64,000 bases of DNA, taken from NCBI GenBank assembly GCA_038869515.1, contig JAWCQZ010000008.1, forward strand, positions 12,633 to 76,632. Reading direction: 5' to 3'. Below are positions 1 to 8,767 of this stretch, in pieces. The stretch comes from Halobacteria archaeon (GTDB lineage Archaea; Halobacteriota; Syntropharchaeia; JACQPP01). Made by a program: the position numbers and the translations under genes. Positions within the stretch are counted from its first letter, which is position 1, and the number at the start of each line of letters is the position of its first letter. The notes below the pieces were generated by a model. The model had not been told where the DNA came from and searched no databases. It worked only from the letters and a program-made list of their open reading frames with translations.

Positions 1-82
1 GGCGAGGGCGGACTCCGCCTCGGTGATCAACTCCCCCCGGATGGCGGCCATGGACCCCTTTCCCCCAGCCCATTTATGAGGC

Positions 83-721
83 TTACGCGCGGACCCCGCG
101 CTTGGGGCAGAGCCGTTCCACGGGGCACTCCCCGCATCTCGGAGCCCGTGCCTGGCAGACCTTCCGGCCGTGGAGAATCAGGGTGTGGCCGAGGGGAATC
201 CACTCCTCGCGGGGAAACAGGGCCATCAGTTCCCGCTCGACCTGGAGAGGAGTGCGCCCCTTCGCGAGCCCGAGCCGCCGCGAAACCCGGAGTACGTGGG
301 TGTCCACGGTGACGCCTTCCGCGCGACCGAAGCCGTTGCCGAGAACGGCGGTGGCCGACTTCCGGCCGATGAAGGGCAGGGAGGTGAGGCCCTCCACCGT
401 GTCCGGGACCCGGCCGCCGAACCTCTCGACCAGCGCCCTCCCGATGGCGCGGATGGCGCGCGCCTTCGTGCGGTGGAGGCCGAGGGGGCGGATGAGCGAC
501 TGCAGCTCCGCGAGGTCGGCCTCCGCATAGTCGGCCGCGCTCCGGTAGCGCCGGAAGAGCGCGGGGGTCACCCGGTTCACCCGGGCGTCGGCGCACTGGG
601 CGGAGAGGAGGGTGGCGATGAGGAGCTGGAGGGGATCGGAGAACTCCAGCGAGCACTTCGCGCCGGGATGGGCGCGGCGGAGGGCGCGGAAAATGGGCGA
701 GGCCTGCCGCCGGAGGGTCAT
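83..721 (-). CDS. nth: endonuclease III (HhH-GPD glycosylase with 4Fe-4S cluster)
   Basis: LLIATLLSAQC, HhH LPFIGRKSA, VDTHV, C-terminal CX6CX2CX5C; ATG overlaps the truD stop (ATGA). Confidence 0.93.
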   Translation of the reverse strand: MTLRRQASPIFRALRRAHPGAKCSLEFSDPLQLLIATLLSAQCADARVNRVTPALFRRYRSAADYAEADLAELQSLIRPLGLHRTKARAIRAIGRALVERFGGRVPDTVEGLTSLPFIGRKSATAVLGNGFGRAEGVTVDTHVLRVSRRLGLAKGRTPLQVERELMALFPREEWIPLGHTLILHGRKVCQARAPRCGECPVERLCPKRGVRA

Positions 722-1992
722 GCTTTCGTGAATTCGCGCAGCACCACGGTCGCGTAGGCCCCCGGCTCGAGCGAGAACTTCAGTTTGAGCGCGACGCAGC
801 CGGGGCTCCGCTCGTCGGGCCCCCCCTCCCACTTCACGGGCGCCGGCAGCAGGAGAGCCCGCCGCCTCCCCTTGGAGGTCACGGGGCCCCTTGCGAAGTC
901 CTCCGGCGCTATCCCCGCCCCCTCCAGCACCCCCCGCTCAATCTCTCCCGGCTCCCCGGAAGCCACGGGCGCCTCGGGGCCGAAGAGGGGGCCGCTGACC
1001 CGGGCGCGGCCCTCCGCCACAGCCCTCCGCGCGGCTTCGATGTTCCCGGGGGCCACCGTCTCGGTCCCGCCGCCGCGAAGGAGGAGGATGTCCCCCGCCA
1101 CCGGCTCGGCCAGAGAGAGCCCGCGGGCGAGCCGCTCGGAGAGGACGCGGTTGAACAGCCTCGCCTGGAAGCCGTGGACGAATAGGGTCCGGAGGCCGGC
1201 GGGCAGGGCCTCCAGGGCCCCGCCCCAGTCGTCCGGCTTCGCGATGAGGCGGTTCAGGAGCGCCTTCTCGAACCCGAGGGACTTGGGCATCGCTGCCAGC
1301 GCCCCCTTGAAGTCGCCCTCCCGGGCGAGCCTCCGGGCAGCGCGGGTCGCCTCGCCCTCTCCCTCTCCCTCGTCGGCGAGGTAGGCCCGCATCGCCCCCT
1401 CGACGTCGCCCCGCACCAGCAGTTCCCCGACGCGGTGGGTCACCGCCCTCCGCTCACCGAACCGCTGGAGGCCGAAGAAGTTGGGGGCGCCCCCCAGGTA
1501 GCGGAGCTCAGCGGCGGTGGCCTCCGCCCGGGCACGCACCTCCTCCGCCGGGAGGGGGATGGCCCGGAGGACGATCGAGAATCGGTTGGATTCGAGGTCT
1601 CCGAGGCCCACCGGCTCCGGGTCGAGTCCCACGGCCCGGAGGCGGACCCCGGCGAGCCTCACCGATTCGAGGGCCGCGGGCCGCACTCCGAAGAAACTCA
1701 TCCGCTGGACGGTCACGGCGTTTCGGTCCTTCATTCCGGCGAAAGAGATGCGCTTGCGGCTGATGCGGAGGGCGCGGGCGAGGGCGCGGACCAGCCCCTG
1801 GGTGTCCCAGTTCTCTTTCTCGACTTCGACAATCAGGTATCGGCCCGAGCCCCGGGGCTCCCGGCGCGGAATCTCCTCGACCCGGAAGTCGGCCGGCGTC
1901 TGGCGCAACACTCCGCCCACGCCGGGGGTCGCGGTCCCGTAGCGCTCCATGCCGACGGCGCGCTCGGCCTCGGGCGGAATGGGGACGCTCAC
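718..1992 (-). CDS. truD: tRNA pseudouridine(13) synthase TruD
   Basis: DFRVEE, FAGMKDRNAVTVQ, PNFFGLQRFG, FSLEPGAYATVVLRE motifs. Confidence 0.95.
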   Translation of the reverse strand: MSVPIPPEAERAVGMERYGTATPGVGGVLRQTPADFRVEEIPRREPRGSGRYLIVEVEKENWDTQGLVRALARALRISRKRISFAGMKDRNAVTVQRMSFFGVRPAALESVRLAGVRLRAVGLDPEPVGLGDLESNRFSIVLRAIPLPAEEVRARAEATAAELRYLGGAPNFFGLQRFGERRAVTHRVGELLVRGDVEGAMRAYLADEGEGEGEATRAARRLAREGDFKGALAAMPKSLGFEKALLNRLIAKPDDWGGALEALPAGLRTLFVHGFQARLFNRVLSERLARGLSLAEPVAGDILLLRGGGTETVAPGNIEAARRAVAEGRARVSGPLFGPEAPVASGEPGEIERGVLEGAGIAPEDFARGPVTSKGRRRALLLPAPVKWEGGPDERSPGCVALKLKFSLEPGAYATVVLREFTKA

Positions 1993-2351
1993 AGCAGAGG
2001 GAGGTCACCGGTCAGACGGTCGATGTCGGCCTCGGGGGCCGGCCCGACGCCGAGGGCGGTCACGCTCCCCGGGGGCAACTCGGTGTGGCCCGCATCTTCC
2101 ACGAGGCCGAAGGGGAGGCCCGCGCCCCGCGCCTCGTTCCGGAGCCGGAGGAGTTCCTTCAGGGTCGCCACCTTGAGGGCGACCTTCTTCGCCCCGCCGC
2201 GCTTCCACGCCCGGCGGGCCTCCTCCGGGGCCGCATCGTGGGCGAGGAGGGAGGCGTGGGCCGCCTGGGCCGCCATCTTGCCGGGGGACATGGAGAGGTC
2301 GGAGCGGAGGACCAGGACCTGCTTGTATTCGACCGTTTTCGCCCTTGCCAT
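1989..2351 (-). CDS. pth2: peptidyl-tRNA hydrolase Pth2
   Basis: KQVLVLRSDLSMSPGKMAAQAAHA, DAGHTE, LGVGP, TGDLPLL; start taken at MARAKTVE. Confidence 0.95.
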   Translation of the reverse strand: MARAKTVEYKQVLVLRSDLSMSPGKMAAQAAHASLLAHDAAPEEARRAWKRGGAKKVALKVATLKELLRLRNEARGAGLPFGLVEDAGHTELPPGSVTALGVGPAPEADIDRLTGDLPLL

Positions 2352-2359
2352 TCTTCGCC

Positions 2360-3583
2360 CTAGATTTTCGTGTCCCCGCCGAGGAGGCGCTTGGCGATGA
2401 TTCTCCTCTGGATTTCCGACGAGCCGTCGGGGATGCGGAGCGCCCGGGCGAGCCGGAAGACCTCCTCCAGTTTCATCTCGTTGGTCAGCCCCATGCCGCC
2501 GTGGACCTGGATGGCGCGGTCCATGACCCGGAAGAGCATCTCGGTCGCGTAGAGCTTCGCCATCGAAATTTCCTTCAGCGCCATCTCCCCCTTCTCGATT
2601 CGCCACGCGGTGTTCAGCGCCATGTACTTGCAGGTGGCGATGTCCACCGCGCTGTCGGCCAGCATCCACTGGATGGCCTGCCGCTCGCCGATGGGCTTGC
2701 CGAAGGTGACCCGCTGCTTGGCATACTCGACCGACCTCTCCAGGGCCCACTCGGCGAGGCCGGTGCAGAGACCCGCGAGGCTGAGGCGGCCCGTTCCGAT
2801 GCCCAGCATCCCCAACTGGAATGCCTGGTCCACCTTGCCCAGGACGAACTCCGGGGCGACCTCGACGTCCTCCAGCGAGATGAGGGCCACATCGCTCCCG
2901 ATGAATCCCATGAAGGGGACGATGGACTCCACCTTGAAGCCCGGCGCCTTCGTGTCCACGAAGAAGCCCGAGACGCCCCCCTTGTGGGCCTTTTGCATCT
3001 CCCGGTTGGTGACCGCGAAGACGAAGGCCCAGTCGGCGTAGGGCCCGTTGGTGATCCACATCTTCTGGCCGTTGATGACCCACTTCCCGTTCCGCTTCTC
3101 GGCGGTGGTCCGCATGTTCCAGGCGTCGGAGCCCGCTTCCGCCTCGGAGAAGCAGAAGCAGACCGTCTTCTCGCCGCTCAGCATCTCGGGCATCACCTTC
3201 TCGCGGGTCGCCTTCGGAAGCGCCTCGAGCATGGGGTTGGGGCCGCGGGGGAAGCCGCCGATGACCTCGCCCCGGAGGATGCCGGGGCCGCGGCGCCAGT
3301 TGGCCTCGGCGACCTGGAAGGCGAGGGTGGGTCCGTAGCCGCCGCCCCCCAGGTTCTTCGAGAGGAAGAGCGTGTAGAAACCGGCCTCCGCCGACTTCAT
3401 GCGGACCTGCTTCTTCAGGGCCTCGACCTCGGGCGGGTGGAGGCCGTCCTCCCGGTAGAGTTTGCGGGGATTCTGCAGGAGTTCCTTGTGCTTCTCCTCC
3501 AGAGGATAGACCTCCTGCTGGAGGAACTTCTCCAGCGCGTCGAGGATGGCGCGGTGCTCGTCGGAGATGGAGAAATCAACCAT
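2360..3583 (-). CDS. acyl-CoA dehydrogenase family protein
   Basis: FCFSEAEAGSD, INGQKMWITNG, RVTFGKPIGERQAIQ, QVHGGMG, GSSEIQR. Confidence 0.93.
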   Translation of the reverse strand: MVDFSISDEHRAILDALEKFLQQEVYPLEEKHKELLQNPRKLYREDGLHPPEVEALKKQVRMKSAEAGFYTLFLSKNLGGGGYGPTLAFQVAEANWRRGPGILRGEVIGGFPRGPNPMLEALPKATREKVMPEMLSGEKTVCFCFSEAEAGSDAWNMRTTAEKRNGKWVINGQKMWITNGPYADWAFVFAVTNREMQKAHKGGVSGFFVDTKAPGFKVESIVPFMGFIGSDVALISLEDVEVAPEFVLGKVDQAFQLGMLGIGTGRLSLAGLCTGLAEWALERSVEYAKQRVTFGKPIGERQAIQWMLADSAVDIATCKYMALNTAWRIEKGEMALKEISMAKLYATEMLFRVMDRAIQVHGGMGLTNEMKLEEVFRLARALRIPDGSSEIQRRIIAKRLLGGDTKI

Positions 3584-3781
3584 CTACCAAGCGGCCTTAG
3601 ACTGCATCCGGGAGCCCTTGAGGCCGTGGACCTTGCAGAACACCTGCCTCCCGTCGGTCACGGTGACTTTGCACCGGGCGCAGACCGGTCGCTTGCAGAT
3701 CTGGCACGACGCGACCCCGGGGGTCCCGGGGTGCCAGTGACAGGGCTTGCCGGGGAGGGGGGAAACGACGGCCGCGGCCAT
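3584..3781 (-). CDS. small B-box-type zinc-finger protein (65 aa)
   Basis: CHWHP...CQIC..VCARC...FCKVH pattern; stop directly abuts the ACAD ATG. Confidence 0.7.
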   Translation of the reverse strand: MAAAVVSPLPGKPCHWHPGTPGVASCQICKRPVCARCKVTVTDGRQVFCKVHGLKGSRMQSKAAW

Positions 3782-3839
3782 TCCTCGGGGGGAGGCCGGG
3801 GGATGGAAAACCCTTTCTCTCCCCCACCTATGCCCCCGG

Positions 3840-5498
3840 ATGGCCGCCTCCGGACCCCGCACCGATCTCATGCTCCCCGCCGGCTCCCTGAAGGGCCGCT
3901 CCGCCATCGTCACCGGCGGCGGGACCGGCATCGGCCTCGCCACCGCCAAGACTTTCGCCCGCCTCGGGGCCAACGTCGCCATCGCCTCCCGGAGCCAGGA
4001 GCACCTCGGCCCGGCCCGCAAGGAGCTGGAGGATCTGGGGGCCAAGGTGGTGGCCCTCCCCACCGACGTCCGGCAGGTGGCCCAGGCGGAGGCCCTGGTG
4101 AAATCGGCCAGGGAGGCCTTCGGCCGCGTGGACATCCTGGTGAACAACGCCTCCGGGAACTTCGTCACCCCGGTCACGAAACTCTCGGTGAACGGCTGGC
4201 GCGCGGTGGTGGACATCGTCCTCAACGGGACCTTCTACTGCACCCGGGCCGCGGGCCGCGAGATGGTGAAGCAGCGCTCGGGGCGCATCGTGAACATCGT
4301 CTCCACCATGGCGTGGACCGGCGGTCCCGGGACCTCCCACAACGCCGCCGCGAAGGCGGGGGTCGTGGGGCTCACCCGCTCCCTGGCGTCCGAACTCGCC
4401 TCCTTCAACATCCGGGTCAACGCCGTCGCCCCCGGCCCGGTGAAGACCGAGGGCGCGGAGAAGAACCTCTTCCCGACCCCCGAGGCGCAGAAGTCCATCA
4501 CCGACCGGGTGCCGGTGAAGCGGTTCGCCGCCCCCGAGGAGGTGGCGAACCTTGTCGCCTACCTGGTCTCCGACTGGGCCGACTACATGAACGGGGCGGT
4601 GGTCCCCATGGACGGCGGGTACTCCCTCAGCATGGGCGGACTGGAGGCGTGGGCGGGTCCGAAGGGCGGGGACAGGCCCCTCTCCCCCGAACCCCCGGCC
4701 CCCCGGACGAACGGGCTCACTCTCGCCGGAAAGACCGCCATCGTGACCGGCGGTGGGACCGGCATCGGGAAGGCCTCGGCCCTCCTCTTCGCCCGCCTCG
4801 GGGCGAAGGTCGCCGTGACCTCGCGCAAGGTGGAGAACCTGGAGCAGACCGTGCGGGAAATCAAGGCCGCGGGGGGCGAGGCGTTCGCCCTCCCGTGCGA
4901 CGTCCGGCTCCCCGAGCAGGTGGAGGCGATGGCGAAGCAGGTGAAGGAGCGCTGGGGCCGGATTGACCTCCTCTTCAGCAACGCAGGAGCGAACTTCCCG
5001 AGCCCCTTCCTGCAGTTGAGCGACAACGCCTGGAACGCCATCGTCGGAATCAACCTCCACGGCTCCTTCCACTGCGCCAAGTTCGTGGGGGCCGAGATGA
5101 TCAAGCAGAAGTCGGGAGTCATCATCCACAACGTGACCCCTTACGCGTGGACCGGGGCCCCCATCATGGCCCACACCAGCGCCGCCAAGGGGGCCATCCT
5201 CAACCTGACCCAGAGCCTCGCCGTGGAGTGGGCGGTCCACCGCATCCGGGTGAACGCCGTCGCCCCGGGGCCCATCCTGACCGAGGGGTCCCGCAAGAAC
5301 TTCATCGAGAAGAACCCGGCCGCCGCCGAAGTGGTCCGGCGCCGTGTCCCCTGGAAGCGGTGGGGGACCCCGGAGGACATCGCCCGCGCCGTGGCCTACC
5401 TCGCCTCCGACTGGGCGGACTACGTCACCGGGGCGTGCCTCACCGTGGACGGGGGCGAGTGGCTCTACAAGCCCATCGTCGAGCAATTGGCCCAATAA
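3840..5498 (+). CDS. tandem (two-domain) SDR oxidoreductase, 2,4-dienoyl-CoA reductase-like
   Basis: two complete SDR domains, each with TGGGTGIG, NNASGNF/SNAGANF, AAKAG/AAKGA and IRVNAVAPGP. Confidence 0.88.
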   Translation: MAASGPRTDLMLPAGSLKGRSAIVTGGGTGIGLATAKTFARLGANVAIASRSQEHLGPARKELEDLGAKVVALPTDVRQVAQAEALVKSAREAFGRVDILVNNASGNFVTPVTKLSVNGWRAVVDIVLNGTFYCTRAAGREMVKQRSGRIVNIVSTMAWTGGPGTSHNAAAKAGVVGLTRSLASELASFNIRVNAVAPGPVKTEGAEKNLFPTPEAQKSITDRVPVKRFAAPEEVANLVAYLVSDWADYMNGAVVPMDGGYSLSMGGLEAWAGPKGGDRPLSPEPPAPRTNGLTLAGKTAIVTGGGTGIGKASALLFARLGAKVAVTSRKVENLEQTVREIKAAGGEAFALPCDVRLPEQVEAMAKQVKERWGRIDLLFSNAGANFPSPFLQLSDNAWNAIVGINLHGSFHCAKFVGAEMIKQKSGVIIHNVTPYAWTGAPIMAHTSAAKGAILNLTQSLAVEWAVHRIRVNAVAPGPILTEGSRKNFIEKNPAAAEVVRRRVPWKRWGTPEDIARAVAYLASDWADYVTGACLTVDGGEWLYKPIVEQLAQ

Positions 5499-5529
5499 GC
5501 CTTTTGAACCGCGGCCGCGACCCCGACCC

Positions 5530-5868
5530 ATGGCCACGACTCGGAGGCGGCTCACCCGCATCGAGCCCTTCTCGGCCGCCATCATGGGCGGGGCCACAGG
5601 CTTCGCGCTCGGGTTCCTGAACGGCCTCGGGACGGTCCTCTTCTTTCCCGCGCTGCGCCAGGGGATGAGCGACCTGGGCCTGGCCCAGTTGACGGGGCTG
5701 GTCAACGAATGGGTGAAGGCGTTTCCCTTCGCCTTCGAGTGGCCCGCCCTCCTCCTGAGCCCCATCGCCTGGGCCTTCGGTGGGGCCGGGGGGGCCTTCG
5801 CAGCCTGCATCTTCTACAACCTCCTGGCGAAGCGGCTCGGGGGCATCGAGTTCGAACTCGACGAATAG
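5530..5868 (+). CDS. hypothetical membrane protein (DUF3566-like)
   Basis: two hydrophobic helices; C-terminal YNLLAKRLGGIEFEL is typical of this family. Confidence 0.65.
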   Translation: MATTRRRLTRIEPFSAAIMGGATGFALGFLNGLGTVLFFPALRQGMSDLGLAQLTGLVNEWVKAFPFAFEWPALLLSPIAWAFGGAGGAFAACIFYNLLAKRLGGIEFELDE

Positions 5869-5876
5869 CCCGGAAG

Positions 5877-6197
5877 TTAGAAGCGGTTTCCGGAGGCGGA
5901 GCCCTGGCCGGGTCGCGCCCGCTTCCGGCGGTACCACTCGGCGACCCCCGCAGCCTCCAGCAACTCCTGGAAGCGGACGGGGTTCGTGCGCTCGAATTGC
6001 GGGCCGTGCTCGAGGAGGACGGGGGTCAGGTCGGAGAGGAAATCGGTCCTGCCCAGCTCCTGCAGGAAGCGGCCGGCCGGGACCTGGCTGATGAGAAACC
6101 CCTCCACCTTCAGCCGCAGGCGGAGCGCCTTTTGCTCCGGGGTCTCGACCGGTCTCGATTCCGCGCCCTCCGACCTGCGGCGGACGAAGAGGCCCAC
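5877..6197 (-). CDS. hypothetical protein
   Basis: GTG start 2 nt after the upstream stop; protein-like composition. Confidence 0.55.
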   Translation of the reverse strand: MGLFVRRRSEGAESRPVETPEQKALRLRLKVEGFLISQVPAGRFLQELGRTDFLSDLTPVLLEHGPQFERTNPVRFQELLEAAGVAEWYRRKRARPGQGSASGNRF

Positions 6198-6199
6198 GG

Positions 6200-6610
6200 C
6201 TACCGGTAGGCGGGGTCCTCTTCGAGCAGTTCCACCGGCTGCCGCCCCTGGAACCCCGCCTCCACGTCGTGCCAGAACCGGATGGTGTCCTCCCCCCGCT
6301 TCCAGCAGAGGAAAATCTCCCGCCCCTGGTGGCGCGCAGGGAAGTCCACGAGGCCCGCGTGCCAATCCTTGACGACGGCGCCCACGACGAGGAGCTCCTC
6401 GAGCCCCTGGTAGAACTCCAGGGCCTTGCCGTGGAACTCCCGGTTGCGGCGCACCGTGGCGAGGAGAGTGTCGAGGGGCTCTTCGAACTCGATGGAGAGC
6501 TCCTGGAGGGAGGACAGCTGGGACTGGAGGTCCTGGAGCCGCTCCAGCATCTCCCGGACCCGGGGGAGGGCGGCCCGCGCCTCCGGGAGGGTCCAGAGTC
6601 TCTTCCCCAT
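6200..6610 (-). CDS. DUF2203 family protein
   Basis: WTLPEARAALP, VKDWHAGLVDFP, LCWKRGEDTIRFWH, GFQGRQP. Confidence 0.85.
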   Translation of the reverse strand: MGKRLWTLPEARAALPRVREMLERLQDLQSQLSSLQELSIEFEEPLDTLLATVRRNREFHGKALEFYQGLEELLVVGAVVKDWHAGLVDFPARHQGREIFLCWKRGEDTIRFWHDVEAGFQGRQPVELLEEDPAYR

Positions 6611-6645
6611 GGTCCCCGTGCCACTTCTCGGAATATGAAAGCCTC

Positions 6646-7008
6646 TCAGTTTCGGCGCCGTGCCCTGCGGCTCCGCCGCCCCGGGCCCCGGGGGGCGGGC
6701 GGGGACTCCCGGAGGAGGTCGCCGAAGGTGCAGAGGAACCCCCGGCAGGCGTGCTGGAAGTCGCGCCGGCCCGCGGGGGTCACGGAGTAGACTTTGCGGC
6801 GGGAGTCGGGCGGGCAGCAGCCGGGGGGGCAGTGGATGAGCCCCCGGGCCTCGAGGACCTTGAGGGCCGGGTAGAGGGTCCCCGGGTTGGGCCGGACCCC
6901 GCGGCGCCGGCCCAACTCCGCCGCGAGTTCGCTCCCGGACATGGGCCTCCGGCTCAGGAGCCAGAGGAGGAGGAAGGAGAGGAACCCGCGGTTCTCGATG
7001 AGGGCCAT
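6646..7008 (-). CDS. PadR family transcriptional regulator with Cys-rich wing
   Basis: PMSGSEL, PNPGTLYPALKVLEARGLI, RRKVYSVTPAG; CPPGCCPP insertion. Confidence 0.9.
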   Translation of the reverse strand: MALIENRGFLSFLLLWLLSRRPMSGSELAAELGRRRGVRPNPGTLYPALKVLEARGLIHCPPGCCPPDSRRKVYSVTPAGRRDFQHACRGFLCTFGDLLRESPPAPRGPGRRSRRARRRN

Positions 7009-7058
7009 CTCCCGGAGTGGGGGGGAGGGGGCTCATAAGCCTTCGCCCGGCGCAACCC

Positions 7059-7109
7059 TTTTATATTGGTAATCCAACTATCCAGGATTATTGGGTATCC
7101 AATAATCCA
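7059..7109 (+). promoter_or_regulatory. TATA box plus duplicated palindromic operator (TTGG-N4-CCAA)
   Basis: TTTTATA at 7059-7065; perfect inverted repeat GGATTATTGG-gtat-CCAATAATCC at 7085-7108; 20-bp direct repeat 7065-7084 / 7090-7109 (16/20 identical). Confidence 0.75.
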
Positions 7110-7121
7110 AGGAGGTGACCC

Positions 7122-7217
7122 ATGAAACTCTGCAAACTGCTCCTCGTCGCGCTCGTGGTGGGGGCGGTCGTCCACCACCACAAGAAGAAGTGCTGCGGCT
7201 GCCACGGCTGCTGCTAA
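7122..7217 (+). CDS. 31-aa His/Cys-rich membrane micropeptide (MKLCKLLLVALVVGAVVHHHKKKCCGCHGCC)
   Basis: GGAGGTGA RBS at 7111-7118; ATG..TAA; GC3-rich codons; own promoter and operator; below the ORF-track size cutoff. Confidence 0.8.
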   Translation: MKLCKLLLVALVVGAVVHHHKKKCCGCHGCC

Positions 7218-7292
7218 CCTGTCTCCGGGGGAGGGGAGGCGAAGCCCCCCCGTTCACAGGCACGCCCCCCCACCCCCTGTCCTCAACTTTGG

Positions 7293-7862
7293 CTATTCCA
7301 AAAATCTCATCAGCCGACTCCACGCCTTCCGTTCCCGGGGCCCCCCGCACTTGAGGACCACAGGCTCCAGCTCGCGGATTCTCCGGAGCAGGCCGGCATC
7401 CTTGAAAATCGCATAGCGGGTCGCATGGACCGTCGCCTCGAGGACCCCGTCGAACCCCCGGTTGGGGGCACGGGGGGCGGCCCGGGCCACGCGGCCCGCC
7501 ACCGGAGCGAGACGGAACGCGACCCTCCCCTCCTCCAGCCGCTCCGGACGCGCGCGGAACGAGACCCAGGCCGAGGCGGCCCGGAGGACCGGCCCGTGGC
7601 GGGTCGGGGAGAAGCGGGCCGGCCCCAGGTCCCGGAACGCCGCCTCCACGAAGAGGAGGGGGTCCTCGACGACGTTCGCGATGAGGGCCCCCGACGCCTC
7701 CACATTGGCCAGAGTCCGGGAGGGGCGGTAGAGCACGGCTTCGACGCGCCCCCCGGAGCGGCGGAGTCCCGTCGGTGCGGCGTGGGGGCGGCCCCGGGGG
7801 CCGAGGGTCGTCGCGAGGGTCTCGGAGATTCCGGGCCGCAGACCGAACCGGTCGAGGTCCAT
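7293..7862 (-). CDS. DUF447 family protein (split-barrel, flavin-reductase-like)
   Basis: ISETLATT..PHAAPTG, PSRTLAN, NRGFDGVLEATVHATR; start could be GTG at 7871. Confidence 0.8.
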   Translation of the reverse strand: MDLDRFGLRPGISETLATTLGPRGRPHAAPTGLRRSGGRVEAVLYRPSRTLANVEASGALIANVVEDPLLFVEAAFRDLGPARFSPTRHGPVLRAASAWVSFRARPERLEEGRVAFRLAPVAGRVARAAPRAPNRGFDGVLEATVHATRYAIFKDAGLLRRIRELEPVVLKCGGPRERKAWSRLMRFLE

Positions 7863-7867
7863 CGCGC

Positions 7868-8710
7868 TCACCGCCCCAGCAGCCACAGAAAGATGCCCGC
7901 GACCAGGATGTCGGCGGTGGAGCCGGGGTTAATCCCCCGCGCCGCCAGTTCATCGTCCCACCGCTCCAGCCGCCGGAGCGGCGCCCGCCGCAGGGCGCGG
8001 GCCCTCCGCCGGACCCGCTCCGCGGCGGCCGCCCCCGCCTTCACCGCCACGAGGGAGTCGGGGGCACGGGCGAGGAGGTCGAGGTAGGTGCGGACCACCC
8101 CCTCGTTCCAGCAGGAGCGCCCGAGGCGGGCCGCGAGGCGCGAGGCCGCCCACCCGCACTCCGCGAAGCCGTTGGACCACTCCCTCGCCACCCGGTCCCG
8201 GGGGGCGGCCAGGGTCACCGCATCGTAGAGGGTCGTCCCGCTCCTCCGGGCAGCAGCGCCGGCCCGCGGGTCGCGCAAATCGAGGGGGCCCGCGAAGGGG
8301 GCCACCCGCACCGGGGCGGCGCGGAAGGCGCGGTAGAACCCTACCGCGTCCTCCGCCGTGCTCCGGCGGACGAGGCGGTGGGCCCGGCTCCGGACGGCCG
8401 CGGGTCCCCGGGCCCCGCCCGCCCCGGCCGCGAGGGGCACCAGGAGGAGGAGGGTGCCGAAGTGGGTGTTGCCCCCCGGCTGGGCCGCCACCGACGCCTC
8501 GACCGCCCGCCGGAACCACCGGCCGAGCCCGCGCCTTTCCCGGGCGGCCCCCTCGAGGGCGGGGCGGCAGGCGAGGGCCGATGCGACGAAGTGCTCGTAC
8601 CGGGCCCCCCCGTGGTCGTGGCGGGGGCCGACGTTGCCGGGCTTGGGGGAGGCGGAGGCCTCCAGGACCATGGCGAGGGAGCCGCACGCCCCGACGAGGG
8701 AGGGGTCCAT
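7868..8710 (-). CDS. citG: archaeal CitG-like triphosphoribosyl-dephospho-CoA synthase family protein
   Basis: LEASASPKPGNV, NTHFGTLLLLVPL, PDSLVAVKAG, INPGSTAD. Confidence 0.85.
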   Translation of the reverse strand: MDPSLVGACGSLAMVLEASASPKPGNVGPRHDHGGARYEHFVASALACRPALEGAARERRGLGRWFRRAVEASVAAQPGGNTHFGTLLLLVPLAAGAGGARGPAAVRSRAHRLVRRSTAEDAVGFYRAFRAAPVRVAPFAGPLDLRDPRAGAAARRSGTTLYDAVTLAAPRDRVAREWSNGFAECGWAASRLAARLGRSCWNEGVVRTYLDLLARAPDSLVAVKAGAAAAERVRRRARALRRAPLRRLERWDDELAARGINPGSTADILVAGIFLWLLGR

Positions 8711-8767
8711 GGGGCTCCTCCCTGCGCCGGGAGAAAACGGCTTTGACCTCCCGACACCCTCGCGAGG

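Noticed and set aside
2360..3781. In-frame TAG between the B-box ORF and the ACAD (possible pyrrolysine readthrough fusion)
   Set aside because: The TAG is followed directly by an ATG that starts a typical ACAD N-terminus (MVDFSIS); similar stop-start adjacency occurs with TAA at 9620-9625; no pyl genes are seen
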